Assembly (NCBI GenBank): GCA_026023565.1
Contig: JAPETS010000016.1
Span: 558,001-622,000, forward strand
Length of the DNA stretch: 64,000 nt
Source of the DNA: Cirrosporium novae-zelandiae
Lineage: Eukaryota
Direction of reading: 5' to 3'
The notes under the pieces were generated by a model. That model was not told where the DNA came from. It searched no databases and saw only the letters and a program-made list of their open reading frames with translations. Below, in pieces: positions 1 through 13,204 of the stretch. Position numbers and translations under genes: made by a program. The number at the start of each line of letters is the position of its first letter. Position 1 is the first letter of the stretch.

Positions 1-941
1 GGATTCGCATAACCGCTTGGTAGAGCTTGAAGAGATTGAGAAGCTGACCCACGCTGACTTCGCTTACTTGCTGTAGATGTCGCATCCACAAAACTTCCTC
101 GAGTGCTTCTACTCTTGGCTGGTGCTTTGCCTCCCATTTTGGGGGAAATCGGGTCATCAATAGCAGATGTGCCGTCGAATCTGGAGTCTGGGAGAAGCCA
201 ACGAGCGTAATGTCTGGTATATGGACCATCAGCTACGCCTCTTGGAGCTGGTAGTTGTGGTTGATTTCCGGAAGTTTTTGCTACAGAGGGTCCAATACCA
301 GTCATCACATTCACCACGTCATGTGCCGTACCTGTTATCGCTGGGTAAGGAATCTCACGACATCGTCGCAACTGCTCAAGAGCAACCTGACATTTTGCAA
401 TTTCTTGGTCGATTAATCGCAGTTCGTTGTGTTTTTCAAGCATGTCATAATTAATGTGCGATAAAAGGCTATCTTTGATTTCATCTGGATCTCTCTGAGC
501 CAGGGCTTCACGTGCTCGTACAAGGAAATCATTAAACTGCCCGGCTCTACTGTTGTCTAGAGGAGCCATTCTATCTGCGATGTCGCTTTCGTTTGCCGAA
601 GAAGGCGGTCGAGCGCTTTGTTCACGTTTAACGGAGGATGTCTGTTCATCTTCCTGCTGTTTTATTGTCTTGTTGCGTTTCATTTGGGAGGTAGCGGTCG
701 AAATCGAGGGTTGCGACTGACCGGCTTCGGGAATTTGTCGTTTGCTAGGTATGCGCACTTCGAGTGAATCTCCGCCTTCGGTTCTCTTACGTTTTAGCAT
801 AGTTAAGTTCTTTAAAACAGGTATCTCTACTACTGGAGATCTTTGCTGTTTGGCCGCAAATATATTGTCCTCCTCCACCTTATTTCCCCTAAAACTGTGC
901 ATCCAGGATTGCAACATGCCATGCGACTGTGCGAGGCTCAT
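1..941 (-). CDS. AHC1: ADA histone acetyltransferase complex component Ahc1-like protein (5' part; runs off window start)
   Basis: The minus frame from ATG 941 (or 917) runs toward position 1 and is absent from the ORF track because it has no stop in the window. It encodes MLEKHNELRLIDQEIAKCQVALEQLRRCREIPYP, the conserved coiled-coil motif of fungal Ahc1. Confidence 0.75.
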   Translation of the reverse strand, partial: MSLAQSHGMLQSWMHSFRGNKVEEDNIFAAKQQRSPVVEIPVLKNLTMLKRKRTEGGDSLEVRIPSKRQIPEAGQSQPSISTATSQMKRNKTIKQQEDEQTSSVKREQSARPPSSANESDIADRMAPLDNSRAGQFNDFLVRAREALAQRDPDEIKDSLLSHINYDMLEKHNELRLIDQEIAKCQVALEQLRRCREIPYPAITGTAHDVVNVMTGIGPSVAKTSGNQPQLPAPRGVADGPYTRHYARWLLPDSRFDGTSAIDDPISPKMGGKAPAKSRSTRGSFVDATSTASKRSQRGSASQSLQALPSGYAN

Positions 942-1654
942 CTGATATCAACCACATCTATCGTTGCTCGAATTGCGCTACAAGGTTTGTCGCATTAGCC
1001 GTGGCGTGGTTATGAGCTCCCAATACTAGAACAAAGAATTAAAATGGATGTATTGGGACATGTGTCGCCATCAGAGGGTGATTATAATGGCGAAACGGAA
1101 ATCCGAACTCGGTGGTGAATATGGTCGAGGAGAAAGGATTCTTTACAAGAATCAGGAATGCGACGTGGAAGGAATGGGGGGATGCAGAGCCTCGGAGGAT
1201 AGCTCTGCCTAGCGAGGGTGCGGGATGAGCAGATAAGCTCCGATATCGAAGTACAAGGGATGACCGAGGGCATAGAATACCCTACAGACATGTATTTTAG
1301 CCTGAGAGAATTTACAGGTGGTTTGCAGAGGGCGTTGTTGAGGTTGAGGAGGGAGATAGTAGGTAGAGTAATGCAGTATGGAGATAGTCTGACGTTTCGA
1401 GAGGGCCGTTTGACAGCGCGGACCCCCGGACGTAGGAACTGGAATGATGGAACGACAACGACACAGGGAACGAGGCTATGTAGTCTAATGTGAACTAAAA
1501 GGCCGAAGCGAGACCATTTGATACTAGAGAGGTTTTAGGGGCAGCCTTAGCAGATTAAGAGGAATTCTTTCTCTCCTCTCTCGGGAAACGGAAAAGGTGT
1601 CCGACACACTTTTTTCTAAGGCTTGTAGTTGCTACTAAGGACCGTAGTGGGGGC

Positions 1655-1720
1655 TAGGTAAGGTTTGGTAGGCCGGTAGACCTGGTAGACCTAATGAACC
1701 TGGTAAACATAGTAGGCTGG
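1655..1720. repeat. Degenerate ~9-bp tandem repeat (GGTAGRCCN-like)
   Basis: ggtaggcc ggtagacct ggtagaccta atgaacct ggtaaacat agtaggct; units differ mainly by transitions. Confidence 0.5.
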
Positions 1721-3785
1721 GCCAAAGAAGGTCTTTCCAAGACTTTTCCTTATTCGGAGGCACGGGAAGAATTCCAAATTATTAGTTGCCTCAGGCAGGA
1801 AATTCTTAAAAAGGGAAAAGAGTAAAGAGACAGACCATGACTAAATGTACTGTACAAATGTACTTTGTTGGGGGGATGAGTGAAGGGGGGTTATAGGCTT
1901 GCAGATGTGGCTTGGCTCAAACAGGGGGGCGGCAGTATTAGCAATTCGGAGGAGGTACGAGAGGTACTGTACAGTACAATACGAAAGGTGCAAGAGAAAG
2001 AGGAGTAGAAATGAAATCAATGCAACATTAAATGATGACGAATTGACGAATTAAATATCCCAATATAGATAACAAAGACAAACAAGATAAATAATACGAT
2101 TCGAAACAAGAGCATAATTTATGGATACCCTTTGAGGATAATCAGCTGGTATTATTTGCTTGGGGAGGGAAATTAGGAGAAGAGTAATTCATTAAAGATC
2201 ACCATGATGGGCAAGCTAACAGGGGTAAAATCAAGCTTGCAGCGGAGGCGGAATTAGTCGGAATTAGGTGCATCTGTTAATTGGTTCTCTTGTTTCCCCA
2301 TCAAATGTAGATGGCCGATTCCAGATTAGGTATAGTCTGAGTTGCCCTTGGAGCTTCTGGAGAATTCCACTCAATCAATCAATCAATCAACCAATTCATC
2401 ACCCAACAATTCTTTTGATATCTAGAGAGTGAAAAAACCCTTTGCGGGTTTTGTTTTCTAGGATTTATTACTCACAATTCTTAGGAGAACTTCATCCCCC
2501 CATCAACCAACCTAATGTCTCTCTCATGTCTCGCCTTGCTTTTCCTCATTCCAACTCCTCGTACGAGTATGATAGCCACCATTCTCTTCTCACGTGTCCA
2601 TACGGAAAAAGAAAGAAACGAAGGCAGTATCATAAATCAAAGACAACCAAACTGTCACTGTATAAGCTGAGAAGGAATTGTTGGCTTGTTTGTAAATTCG
2701 AAGATGCTCGGTCATTGGTAGAGATGGTCTTGGGTGATGATTTCTTTGGATGCAATACAATAATAAGTAACAAAATGGCCTTCTTGATAATGAATTGAGA
2801 TTCTGAGACTTGTCTCTAAAATTTTCAAGTTCTTGGAGAGAGGTTGTGTGGACATTGAAGTAGTTCCAGGTATTTTACAGAAAATATTTTTTTTCTTGCG
2901 GTGTGGACGTTCTTAGCGTTGTAAGGCCTTCATTTCAAACTCTAGATAGATTTATGGCTCTTTTTACTATGATAATTAATTACATTACACCACTTATATT
3001 TGGCTAGTTTATCTAAGGCTCTATCTTATTCAAGAGTGCCTTTAATGTTGACTAGAAGATATTTATCCATCCTCACTTCAGTACAATAAACATATTGATC
3101 ATTGTAGCGAAATTGATAAATCCCTTATAATGCTTAGGATATAACTAATTTTTTTTTAGTTATATAACTAGGCAAATAGTTTATACGTGAACCACCTAGG
3201 TACTTAGAAATGAAGTGTTTAGCTGGTTTCTTAATATTGTCACGATTTAATCATTGCTGCAACATTGGTTTGGTTGCCGTCTGTAAAGAATAAGGATTAG
3301 ACTCGCGGACCGAGAGATAAGCCGATAGGGAAATGGTCACCCCAATTTCTGTATGAGGCCTCACCAAAAAAATAGAAGTCTTACAAAATTTATATTTAAT
3401 ACACTTTTGAATATATATTTTAATAAAGCTAAAGGATCAATTGTTATATAGTTAAAAAAATTAAAAACAACAGTCTATTTCAAGGTCAACGATTCTATAA
3501 CCTTACAACGACGGCCGCGGATAATAGTATTTCCGTACTGCGCTAAGCGTACCACTCCAGAACTTCTATAACTGCGACCTTTTTACGAAGGACTCTTCAG
3601 TAGCAATCTATTACATATTCTATACCCTATCTTGCAGACCAGTTCTCTTCTCACGCTTAGCCTACAGACCCCCAGGCTGCAGCCGCTGTCTTACAGTTGG
3701 TTGTGGTCCAAACGATTTCGTTTTTCCAACCTTCACTTCTTCTTGTTTCCTTTAAGATTCTTTTTCTTAGTGTAATATTTCCAAG

Positions 3786-6700
3786 ATGAAAATCCAACAT
3801 CTCCGAGAGCAGTGGATGAAATTTTGCAGTGGATGTTTTAGCAATCATGTTGATCAACTAAGCTTTCGAGGCCTTGTTGAGACTATGGACCGCGAATATC
3901 CTCTAAATGAACTCGAAATAGTCAAGATATTTTTACAACCACCTATAATATTTTCTGATATTCCAAACCCATTTATCTCTTACTATGTCGAGGAGCTTGT
4001 CGATACTGGGATTGTTTCCCTACGAACCGTTTTAACTGTTCTATTACAAAATTCTTCAATTTATCATTCCTCCTTGCCAGTCGATCCTAATATTCGAGGT
4101 GCTCCACGAAATTGTATCACGCTTGATGACTTTGTTTTTGATCGCCTTGTTATCGCAACCACCAAAGAAAAGAGGCTTTCTAGCATCGAAGAGGTCCTCG
4201 GCGTGCTTCGTGCCACCGCAAAATGGATGCGAGCAATTGTGAAGTGGGAAGCAACAACTGGAGTTTTACATAACGATGACCAAAGCTCTGAATTATGGGG
4301 CCCCGGTGTAGCCGCCTCACAATTTCTCGAGTCTTTCAACTACTTCCTTTGCGCACTTTCTATAAAGGAGCGGGTTAGTGAGATTATCGCACAGAATTGT
4401 CCTATCGGTTAGTTATTTAGCCCTCAGTCTTGGGTCGGTTTTCTAATCAATTATCCAGTCATAAAGCAAGATCTAGAAAGTGCTTTGTCCGAGTTCATGC
4501 CATTCCTATCAACAATTCCTGTCGCCAATCTTATGACCACTCTTGAGAAACTTGATGTTCTTCAGAAGTCTGTCCTTGGTTCGAAACCCCAATCTCTAGA
4601 GGCCCTTGAAGAAGCAGGAGAGTTGCTTGACGGTGTTGATGCAATGCAATTTGAGAGCGAAGTGGTGGATGTTTCCCCAGAGAATACACGAGCAGGTCTT
4701 TTCGTCTATCTAAATGCTTTGGTAAGGATAACTGTTACCATTGTGAAAATGCAATACGCTGATTGATTAAGCTCGTTGGTGTCCCAATTATTGATGATAA
4801 TCTACTACTTGGATATCTAAATGCCCGTTACCAGGTACATAAGTGTCTCTAGATATTAGTATAATGATGCTAAATTCTATAGGGAAATGTTATGACATTG
4901 GCTACCGATCTCATTACCGCTTCCTTCGATGTTGCTTCCAACGCAATGAGTCTAAATGAATCGAACCAGAAGATGCAACTTCTTCGGTCATACTTGGTTA
5001 ACAAGCTTCCTGTTCTGTTGACTCTAATCAACCAATCCTCGTTTAATACGCTGCCAGCAGAATCGTGTCTTACTCAAGCACTCGGTCGACTCGATCCGAA
5101 TGCCTTTCCTTCGTTCTCGCAGACATTTGGACGCTCGAATAGCAACGACATACTGGCTGATGTTCGACAAGATTTTCTCTTTGCATGTGCTTTGCATGGT
5201 CTTATCCCGGAGCAGAGTATCGAACAGCTTCTTGGGGAGGTTCCAATGTCAACTTTACCTACTGGTGGTCGCTATGTGAAGGAAAACCTTGTACAGCAAT
5301 GTGTTTCTCATTCAGAACATATTGAACGATTGATAACTGAACTGGATCGCATGGAAGGCAATGCCGGCGCCATTGCAAATGCATTAACGGAGGTATGTCC
5401 CTTTCATACACGCATAATTACTACAACTCTGTAACTAATTGCTTACCCGCAAAGCACGCCCCTTTCTCTTCCCCCTTCCCCTTCCCTTCCCTCCCTTTCC
5501 CACCCGCCTCGCAAAAAACCTGCATCCCATACCATCCATACCAACGCATATCCATATCTCCCTCTACGCTTGAAAATAAGAAGCCAACCTAATCTTATTC
5601 AGATAATCCAAAATCTCTGCTCGGATACAAACACAATTGGTCTCAAATCTATCTGCGTTTCCCTCGCCAAACGCCCCCAGTCTCTTGACGTAATATGTCT
5701 CTTCAATCCTCCCATACAAATACTTCAACCAATCACCCATCTCCTCGATCGCTGGAATTTCAACTCAGAAGGCGGTGAATCTCAACCGGTTTATGATGAG
5801 TTTGGAAGTATTCTTCTCTTGGTACTGATGTTTAAACATCGCTACGGTCTTTCTGCCCACGATCTGGGAATCGACTCGGCTGATTCATGGCTGGGCACTT
5901 TTCTTGAAAGGGGTTCGAACTCACAATTCTTGCAGAATTTGACAGAGGAGCAACAGAAGCATATCGGTGGTTGGATATCAGGCCTCTTCATTGCAGAAGG
6001 CATCAACGATGAGCTAATGTCACAATGCAAACCTCATGATTTCTACCTTCTCATCCCTACACTTTTTAGCCAATGTCTGTCTGCATGTGAAGCCGGAAAA
6101 ATCGACATGGAGACCTTGAAAGGCGGGTTCGAATATCTTCTCGAACCATTCTTGCTTCCCTCTCTCATCCCCGCATTGACCTGGTTGTCAACCCATCTGC
6201 GCACCATCAACACGGTGCATGCCCTAGATATATCGATGCAAGCGCTCGCGGCATTGATAGAGCCTCGCTCCATATCGGGGGAAGCACATACCATGCATAC
6301 GTCTATCCTATCAATCACCGCAACCCCGCTGTTCCGATCTCTACACTTCCTGCAGAAGCATCACCCCAGTAGGAGCGATATCCCTCCATTAATCGAGGTG
6401 CTAAAACCGTACTCATCATTTTCAAGGAAGCCAGTAGCTAACATTGGGGATCTCGCAAACTGGTGTCGGAGCACGCAAGGAGGAAATCGCCACGTGGGCC
6501 TGCTCCAATATTTCGAGGCAACGTTAAAAGCTCTTCTCGGATGGTCTACCTCCAACGGTTCTACCAATACACCTCATGGCCCACGCCCACAGCACCACCA
6601 GCAACCTCCGCCTCACTACCCACCAGCTCTACTCAGCATCCTACACATATTTTCCCCCATCTCAGAAATTCTCAACACGATCATAATCTTTCTAATCACC

Positions 6701-7318
6701 TACGCCACAAATGCAAACACCACTCTCCCCCTTGCCATCGACCTCGCCGCGTCCATCATCCTCGCCCCCCAAACACTCCCAAGTTCTCACCCCGCAAACA
6801 TAAACTTAAAAAACCCAGCCACCTCACACTCTCAGACTCTTCTCCCACCAACACCCACCCCCCTCCAGGATGCTCTAACCCTTGAGTACGAATCCACCAC
6901 CTCTAGACCTCCAAAACCATCTTCGACGCTTCCTCCCAATAACACTGCTACCCCAACAGCAACCCCACACTCAGACCAATCGCAATCGCATCATAAAACC
7001 ACAGACTCAATTCCTCGCCTCCTTGCAGAAGCCACAATCCGCCTCCACCGCCGCGTCTCCGCCCTCGCTGCAACGGCATCCCACGTGCGCCACGCCTCCG
7101 CCGCGGATCCAAACGTCATGGATGTCGATCACGCCGCTGCTGCCGCTGCCGCCGACGTCGGGTTAGGAGTCGGAGTTGGATTGGGACCATCGGGCGAAGA
7201 TGATTTGATGCAGGGGATTGAAGGGGTCGGGTTGGGAGATTCCGGATTGGGACTGGGACTTGGAGGGGGTTTAGGGGAGAGTGGGGACGAATTCGGGGGG
7301 TTTGAGGGGTTGTTTTAG
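3786..7318 (+). CDS. MED5: Mediator of RNA polymerase II transcription subunit 5 (Med5/Nut1)
   Basis: Five exons: 3786-4407, 4459-4721, 4772-4834, 4883-5392, 5603-7318, joined by GT-AG introns. Med5-type segments include NTRAGLFVYLNAL, DVRQDFLFACALH, GESQPVYDEFGSILLLVL and LKGGFEYLLEPFLLPSL. Confidence 0.9.
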
Positions 7319-8457
7319 GCCGTGTTCTGCACGGGTCGAATTTTGTCGAAGACAAAATGGCCGAAATTTATTAAAATTTGTTGTATGGCGTTTTGCAGAC
7401 CTATGTTTTAAATTATATTTAAATATATACTTGGGTAGATTTTGGGCCTGTATGACGGTGATAATTTCTTTCATAAAACCAAATCTAAGTCCTCAAATCT
7501 AAATACAATATAGATAAATTACTTTAATTACATACATAGCACGGTACTGTAAATAATTAGAAATTTAACTTTGGTGTACTATGTAATTATTGTGTACTCG
7601 AGTACAGTACCTAGATAAATGGTAATTACTGCAAAGCATTACCCAAGCCCAAGACCAAGCCCCCCAAAGGCGCGAATAGCTCTAGTCTAGCACTTCTGCG
7701 TCACAACCACCACCACCGCTGCCAAGAACCAAAGACCGAGAGAAGGTCAAAACGAAGGAATCCTTAGACGGTCCCATCTATCCATTGGACCCATAACCCC
7801 GCGGGAACCTTAAAATTCCAAAAAAACCCCAGCCAGCGAGCAAAGCTTCCAAAACTTACCTTGACCTCACAAAAAAGAAACAAAAACAACAAACAAAAAC
7901 GAATCGAAAACGAAAAACCCTCTACGGAATAATCTAGCCATCTAATTATACAAAAATCCTTTTGTCCTCTTATCGTCTTCGGAAAGATTTTTCTTTTTCT
8001 CTTGCGCATACGTACGTACAGAGTGCATACGATTGCGTTATTTGACTCTTCTGCATTAGCAGCTTGCGGATTGAGTGGATTGGATTGGGTTGAATTGAAT
8101 TGGATCGAATCGGATCTTCCCTTTCCTTAATTGCCGGGTAGCTAAGTGCAAGTGATCGGAGCGATTGATTGATTGATTCGGGGCTTGTTGTTTATTCTTC
8201 GATCGACATCACCAACGACAACGACCATAACGAACCACCACCACGAACGAACGAACAAGGAACAAACGAACGAATCAACGTAAACCAAGGCAGGACAAGC
8301 GGATTTAAGTGGAATTGGATTCAGAGGCAAAATAAATAAACATCGACGTTGGGATTTATCTAGGCTAGCTGGTTGAAGGAGAGTGAAAACTGCACGCAGG
8401 TGAAACAAGAAAAATAGGAAGAAAACAACTAGATTTAGATACATACATACATCAACC

Positions 8458-8888
8458 ATGTCGACCCAACCGCTCCTCCAAACAACCCAAGGTACGTCCA
8501 TCCCATGCCCATTCCCCCCACTCACGCACTCACCAAAAAAACCCCAGGCAAACGCATCGCCCTCCCCACCCGCGTTGAGCCAAAAGTCTTCTTCGCAAAC
8601 GAGCGCACCTTCCTCTCCTGGCTAAACTTCACCGTCATCCTCGGCGGCCTAGCCGTCGGCCTCCTAAACTTCGGCGACAAGGTCGGCCGCATCAGCGCCA
8701 CCTGCTTCACCATCGTCGCCATGGCCGCCATGATGTATGCGTTGTTTACGTTTCATTGGCGCGCGAGGAGTATTCGGATGAGGGGGCAGGGCGGGTTTGA
8801 TGATCGCTATGGGCCGACTGTTTTGGCGGTTTTGTTGATGGTGGCCGTGGTTGTTAATTTTGTGTTGAGGTTTACGGTGCAGGAGTAG
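8458..8888 (+). CDS. VTC1: Vacuolar transporter chaperone 1 (polyphosphate synthesis VTC complex)
   Basis: Exon 1 8458-8491 ([11 protein letters not shown]), intron 8492-8547, exon 2 [26 protein letters not shown] with three hydrophobic helices. Confidence 0.95.
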
Positions 8889-10000
8889 GTGTGGTAGGTG
8901 GTGGATAGGTGGATGGGATTGTGTGCTTTGTGATTGTGTTGTGTTGCTGGAGTTTGTTGTTATATATATATAAATATTACGCCTTGATTGATTGATTAAT
9001 TGATTGGTTGGTTAGTTGGTTAGTTGGACGGATAGCGAGCGATTGGGCCGCTACATACGTTATGCGTTTTTGGGAAGCTAGATTATTCTTAGGACTATCG
9101 GCTCTTTTTTTTATTGTGAGTACAGCTCTGGGGTATCGTTATATCTATTCTAAGTTTTATTTTTTGCGTCCGTCTCTGTTTGAGGACATTACTACATTAC
9201 TATCCGCATACCTAATGACCGTTGGATGCCCGATACCCCTAACCCTTGTAGTAACGCATCCCTATTATGGACATCCCAGTTCATAGACAGTAGCCACTGC
9301 TTGAGTCCTTCGAAGCATGATCATGGTAGCCGCTACCACCTTATACCTATACCTTTGACCCATACATTGCTATCCATATTCAAGACCAACAAATTCTATT
9401 TTAGCCTGTCTTTAGAAATGAGCAATGACCTATTAATCAGTTTCCTCCGGATATTTGTAGATGTCTTTGTCCTCATGTATGCGACGCTTGAAGATATGGA
9501 AAGCCGCCGGATGAGGATTCAGATAGTGGAATCTGTTGGGACGTGTTCAAAATGACTACTGGGTACTTCATGAGAAGGCAAGCTTTTGGTTGCCATGGTT
9601 TGAGATTTGATTAATATTTCCAGGATGTTTAGATCGTCGTTGGTGATGCCAGCTTTTAAAGGCTGCTTTTGCCAAAGAAATTCCGAATTATTTCTCTTTC
9701 CGATTCTGATTGCTGCCAATATTTCTCTGGAGAGATTTCCTTCACAGATCGGAAAATGTCGTATTTGGTTTCTTTGGACAGGAAAATATCAGGGGTTTGA
9801 TGGAGCCATTTGCACTCTTGGGAAGATGAGATTGATGCACCGTTTTGGCTGGAGGTTTTGGTTCAAATTCGAAATCGGTGATGCAGTGATGAAGAATGCT
9901 TAGGGGATCAGTGGTGGTGATGTCAAGGAATATCTGGCTGCATGGCTGTAGCCCTTTGTAGCTTGATGTGGGAGGATAACGTCCTTTTCGAAGCTGGGTT

Positions 10001-10564
10001 TCATGGAGTGGTCTGCTCGCTGGATGGAAATTAGTAAATAGCACTATGGATATTGTTCAAGGAAATGTCCAAGAAATAAATGGGATCATGACTTGGTCTG
10101 TTTACTTACCCATAAGCATCTTTTAAATCTGCCACAGAGGTTGTTGAAAGGAATATGGTCAAGCATGGCACCGCCCTTAGCTTCGTCTCTCGTAGCCTCT
10201 CAAAGGCAGGCTCATCTTCGTCCTCATTGTTCTTCACATCCCTAGTTTTATCCTTCCCTTTCTTCCCACCTCTCGGCTCAAGTTCCCTCACCTCACTATA
10301 AAGCTTCGTATATTGGTAAATCCTCGCATTCTCCCCTCCATTTTCCTTCAACGTTCTTTTCACTATTTCTACGATTGAAATAAGCTTGTTCGAGGCTGGC
10401 TTGTTGGCTGATAGTATCAATATGCTGGGTTGGTCTGGAGCGTTTAAGAACTTGGTACTTGACGTTACGATGTTGGAGATGCTGGCACCGGTAGCGACCG
10501 TGGAGGCTTTGATGGTATATTGAGAATGAGAGGAGATAAAGGAGGTCAGGTCTGCTGAAGTCAT
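10001..10564 (-). CDS. Alba-like DNA/RNA-binding protein
   Basis: ORF 10564-10110 with ASNKLISIVEIVKR and AVPCLTIFLS. An intron at 10109-10020 (GTAAGT...CTAAT...CAG) joins it to the last exon, GEQTTP*. Confidence 0.75.
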
Positions 10565-11328
10565 GGCTGGAAGATCTATAGATAAGCGATGAATGGGTGA
10601 GACCGTCTTAGATACCGAGTACTGAACAAAATCTAAGCGATATTTCTTAATATGGGTGAGGTTGATGGATACAGTTTAGGTATCTAAAGAGTTAAGCCAC
10701 ATAGGCATTCGGTCAAAGTGACTATTGTGTGATTATATCGGAAGCCTAAGTCAGTTCACTTCTGAGCTCACATCGTCATCTGGGAGAAACAGAGTTCCCG
10801 AGTCATAAATGACAGACTTTAGCAAGTCGGTGAGATAATGTCATCTCGGATAATTTCAGAACCGTAATGGCATGAAGTTTTTTGCACTTTTGAACTGATA
10901 GAAATAAGCTATGCCGATCAGTAAGTTGGACTTTATCACGTGCTTCTATATAACCCTGTTTCCGGGCTTCAATTGGCTAACCGACTCTCAGGTACAATCT
11001 CGTTACACTAGAGTATTATTCCCTGGATGGTTTTAAAATTTAAGCTGATCAAAACATTAATAAGATTGAGAATCGATTTTGTGGATATTAAGTCCTACAG
11101 AGGATTATAACAACTGAAATTGCATCGAAGTCCAAGTTCAATTGCCGCCATGTTGTAAAAGGGCGTCAACAACTTCTAATACCTTGGCTTCCATATCCAA
11201 CATCCGACGGTGATCTATCAACCCTCACCATTTGCATTAATGATGCTTGAGGGCCATTAGATCCCTTATCAATATTTAATTTCCGTGCCTCGTGATATGT
11301 CGTTTATTGTCATTATCGGTATCGAAAT

Positions 11329-12036
11329 CTAATCCTTCATCGACGCAGGAGCCCTAGGCCCTACCATCCAATCTTCCATGGCAAGCCATTCGCTCCAAGC
11401 TGTCTCGGCGGCTTCTATTTCGGCATTCACGGGGCCTTGCAAAGGTCGTAGGAACGGAACAGTCTCTAGAGGAAGCATATCATAGTCTTTCTTCACAGAT
11501 GCCCAACCTCCACTCTTCGCTGCGAAAAGGTAATTGCGTCTCTCCTGTTCGTGTAGAGGTCCTACTCCAGCTCGCCAATCATCGCCAAAGAAACCGTGCA
11601 TGACACCTGGAAAATCGAGTCCAGTCGCAACAAGCCGACGTAGATACGGAATCAAAGATATACTTCGGGCTTGACTAGACTGAAAAGATGATTGTTGCAC
11701 GCTAGGCCCGAAAGGATTTGGGCGTCCCAACGGAGGGGGCTGGGCTCCTGAAGGTGCTGAGTAATTATAAATGGGAAAGGGCTGTCTCTCGAACGGGAGT
11801 TGAATGTTGATGAAAGCAGCGACGGCATGGACTGGTAAGCAATGTTGCGCGTGATCCAAAAAGTATTTTTGACAACTTTGGTATTTGGGATACCACTCGA
11901 AAATATCAAATTGTACGTCATCGGCATTCCTCGAATTGGTAGAATCACCACTACTGCTGCCGCCTAGACCTGCAAAGCCGGCGTGTTGGAATTGTCGTTG
12001 GGAAGCTGCTCCCAAATTGAAGGAAGAGGGATCCAT
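11329..12036 (-). CDS. Conserved Pezizomycotina hypothetical protein
   Basis: 235-aa ORF with well-ordered segments (FDIFEWYP, FLDHAQH, ERRNYLFAAKS, WSEWLAMEDWMVGPRAP). Function not assignable; extra 5' exons are possible. Confidence 0.75.
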   Translation of the reverse strand: MDPSSFNLGAASQRQFQHAGFAGLGGSSSGDSTNSRNADDVQFDIFEWYPKYQSCQKYFLDHAQHCLPVHAVAAFINIQLPFERQPFPIYNYSAPSGAQPPPLGRPNPFGPSVQQSSFQSSQARSISLIPYLRRLVATGLDFPGVMHGFFGDDWRAGVGPLHEQERRNYLFAAKSGGWASVKKDYDMLPLETVPFLRPLQGPVNAEIEAAETAWSEWLAMEDWMVGPRAPASMKD

Positions 12037-13204
12037 GGGGGTCGCAATGGAAGGTGATGGAGGGAAATCTGGCGTTTTTGTTAACGTTTACAAGTCTAGG
12101 TTTCTTTAAAGAAAAATATTTGTTATACCTCAAGTATTGATTCTCCGCCTAATCCGAATATGATGGGCTGTCAAAATAAGGTATGTAGCTTGTACCGTAT
12201 GAACCAAAAGCCTGGGAATTCACGCTCGGTCTCACACATGGGTTTAATGGTAGATTATTTGGGTAAGGAGAAATGTTGTCAATGGATGTCAATGGATGTC
12301 AATGGATGGGCGTATTCAAAGCCTGCATCAGTTAATGAGGGAAAAAGCAAGGAGGAAAAAACCTCTGAAGAAACAATTTGAGCTTGTCCAGTTTTCAGGA
12401 ACAAAGGTGATGTTATCATCAACAACTAGAAAGACCTAGGGAACTTGGCCACTGCCGCGTTCCTTTCCCATCAGAAGCTGAGAGTAGTTCTCCATCTGTA
12501 ATCCACACAACCTGCGATATAAAAGAATTTGAATATCTATCAGCTGAACTTGTGATGCATTAAAAGAAGTTCTTTGTGGCGATCTAGAGTCATCCGAAGT
12601 CAGAATCAACCTCTGCTCTGGAACATTGTTCCTTGATGAACTAAAAGTCGATGTGACGGTTGTGAGCCTTTCTGTTAGACTACTCCGCTGTGTGGCAACC
12701 AATTTGGATGGAACCATTACTCTGATTGGGTACAATTAACAACTTGGAGTGGCTTAAAACCCTTCAGCTTCAACTGCTTTTCCCTTTTTTTCTTTTTTTT
12801 TTCTTTTGACTTGACTTGTTAATTGGTTAATGATAATGGCCGGTTACAAAAAGACGTTCCAGTCCTATCTATAATTAGTCTATGGACCTTCTTTTTTGAG
12901 ATAATTCTAGAATTTTACTAGATATATTTTGCTGTTTTGTTGTTTTGTTATCCCTTGCTGTGGAGAGAGCAGAATCTACTTCTGTCTTAACTCTGGACCG
13001 AAGGGAAATTGACGAGCAAAAGACGGACCAGTTCAACCCGATATCGGTGACATCATATGTTACAAAATTCCGATGGATTGTCTGATTTATCCCACTTTGC
13101 TGTTAGATTTAGTTCTTAAATTCAACTACTTCCTCTGGTATATACTTTCTACCTAAAAAATAATCCAGTATCTTTGATCTACAGTGTGTTAGAAGTCGGT
13201 AAAA

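Noticed and set aside
2800..3600. AT/TpA-rich tract as a transposon remnant (also 32880-33230)
   Set aside because: The composition is suggestive of RIP, but no termini, target-site duplication or transposase fragments are visible.
9360..10000. Possible gene relic downstream of the Alba gene
   Set aside because: There are short protein-like frames on both strands but no recognisable motif or consistent frame.
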